Virus genome (UHGV): UHGV-1357302
Direction: 5' to 3' (one strand)
DNA length: 42,329 nt
Source of the DNA: a virus
Both the position numbers and the translations under genes were made by a program. The notes beneath the pieces were generated by a model. That model saw only the letters and a list, made by a program, of their open reading frames with translations, was not told where the DNA came from and did not search any database. Positions 41,965 through 42,329 of this stretch are shown here, piece by piece; position 1 is the first letter of the stretch, and each line of letters begins with the position of its first letter.

Positions 41965-42329
41965 TTAAAACAAGAGATCAATCAATCTTCGATGAAGTGT
42001 ATAAGAAGTGTCAATCACTGGGTTATGAAACCTACGATTATAAACCTATGAATGATGTAGGTTATCCATTTGTCGAATTAGAAGATACTCAGACACTGCA
42101 CCAAGCCAACAAGACTGATATTAAAGGTTCGGTTATATTGAATCTATCTGTATGGGGATTGGCAAAAAAACGTAAACAAATATCGGATATGGCTTCAGCA
42201 ATTTTTGCTGAGGCTCTATCTATTTCTGAAACGGAAGGTTATTATTGGTCGCTCAATATCCAATCAAGCGGTATTCGGTTAGTAGATGACATTTCGACTA
42301 ACACACCATTGAAGCGGGCAATGATATCT
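41961..42329 (+). CDS. tail completion protein (gp11-like), 3'-partial in this window
   Basis: ATGA-coupled. There is no stop before the window end. Reading on from position 1 adds LEFKIL and stops at TAG 19-21, just before the major tail gene RBS. Confidence 0.5.
   Translation, partial: MIKTRDQSIFDEVYKKCQSLGYETYDYKPMNDVGYPFVELEDTQTLHQANKTDIKGSVILNLSVWGLAKKRKQISDMASAIFAEALSISETEGYYWSLNIQSSGIRLVDDISTNTPLKRAMIS

Noticed and set aside
1-42329. Two tandem prophages of similar organisation (tail and lysis of one, then int through head of another)
   Set aside because: The end-to-start reading frame joins seamlessly and places the tail-completion gene exactly before the major tail gene. A single permuted genome is the more economical explanation, though flanking sequence would be needed to exclude tandem copies.

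Overview
The window reads as one nearly complete temperate siphovirus genome of about 42.3 kb. It is AT-rich, with Firmicutes-style AGGAGG ribosome-binding sites and an Enterococcus/Listeria-like gene repertoire. The last ORF has no stop codon in the window and continues in frame into position 1, which suggests a circularly permuted genome. The order along the + strand is as follows. (i) Tail module, 37-10391: major tail protein, Ig-like protein, G/GT chaperones with a -1 frameshift, tape measure, Dit, Tal with Gly/Ser and HxH repeats, and a receptor-binding fibre. (ii) Lysis cassette, 10461-11682: holin and amidase endolysin. (iii) A moron island between the lysin and the integrase, 11700-14200. 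It holds a GC-rich structured element, an unknown 177-aa protein, a tRNA with a CAU anticodon, and an Abi_2-family abortive-infection gene behind a promoter-terminator leader. (iv) Lysogeny module on the - strand, 13949-18053: large serine integrase, a small basic protein, a lipoprotein that could mediate superinfection exclusion, an ImmA metallopeptidase and an XRE repressor, facing a divergent Cro. (v) Early, replication and recombination region, 18453-33102: an SMC/RecF-like ATPase, a Sak4-like ATPase, an SF2 helicase, a catalytically degenerate HsdM-like protein translationally coupled to a second tyrosine recombinase, YopX, a primase-helicase, iteron-like repeats plus a palindrome as a candidate origin, and RusA. 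(vi) Late regulator ArpU followed by a terminator. (vii) Packaging and head genes, 33732-41964: terS, terL, portal, minor head protein, scaffold, major capsid protein, connector, head-tail joining proteins and a partial tail-completion ORF. The most distinctive thing seen directly in the sequence is a recoding signature. Slippery heptamers lie immediately before the stop codons of both the major capsid gene (A AAA AAA) and the major tail gene (G GGA AAG). Each opens a -1 frame encoding paralogous 21-residue extensions that differ mostly at synonymous sites. The same G GGA AAG heptamer drives the canonical G-to-GT chaperone frameshift. All functional calls rest on sequence motifs and gene context only; no database search was possible.
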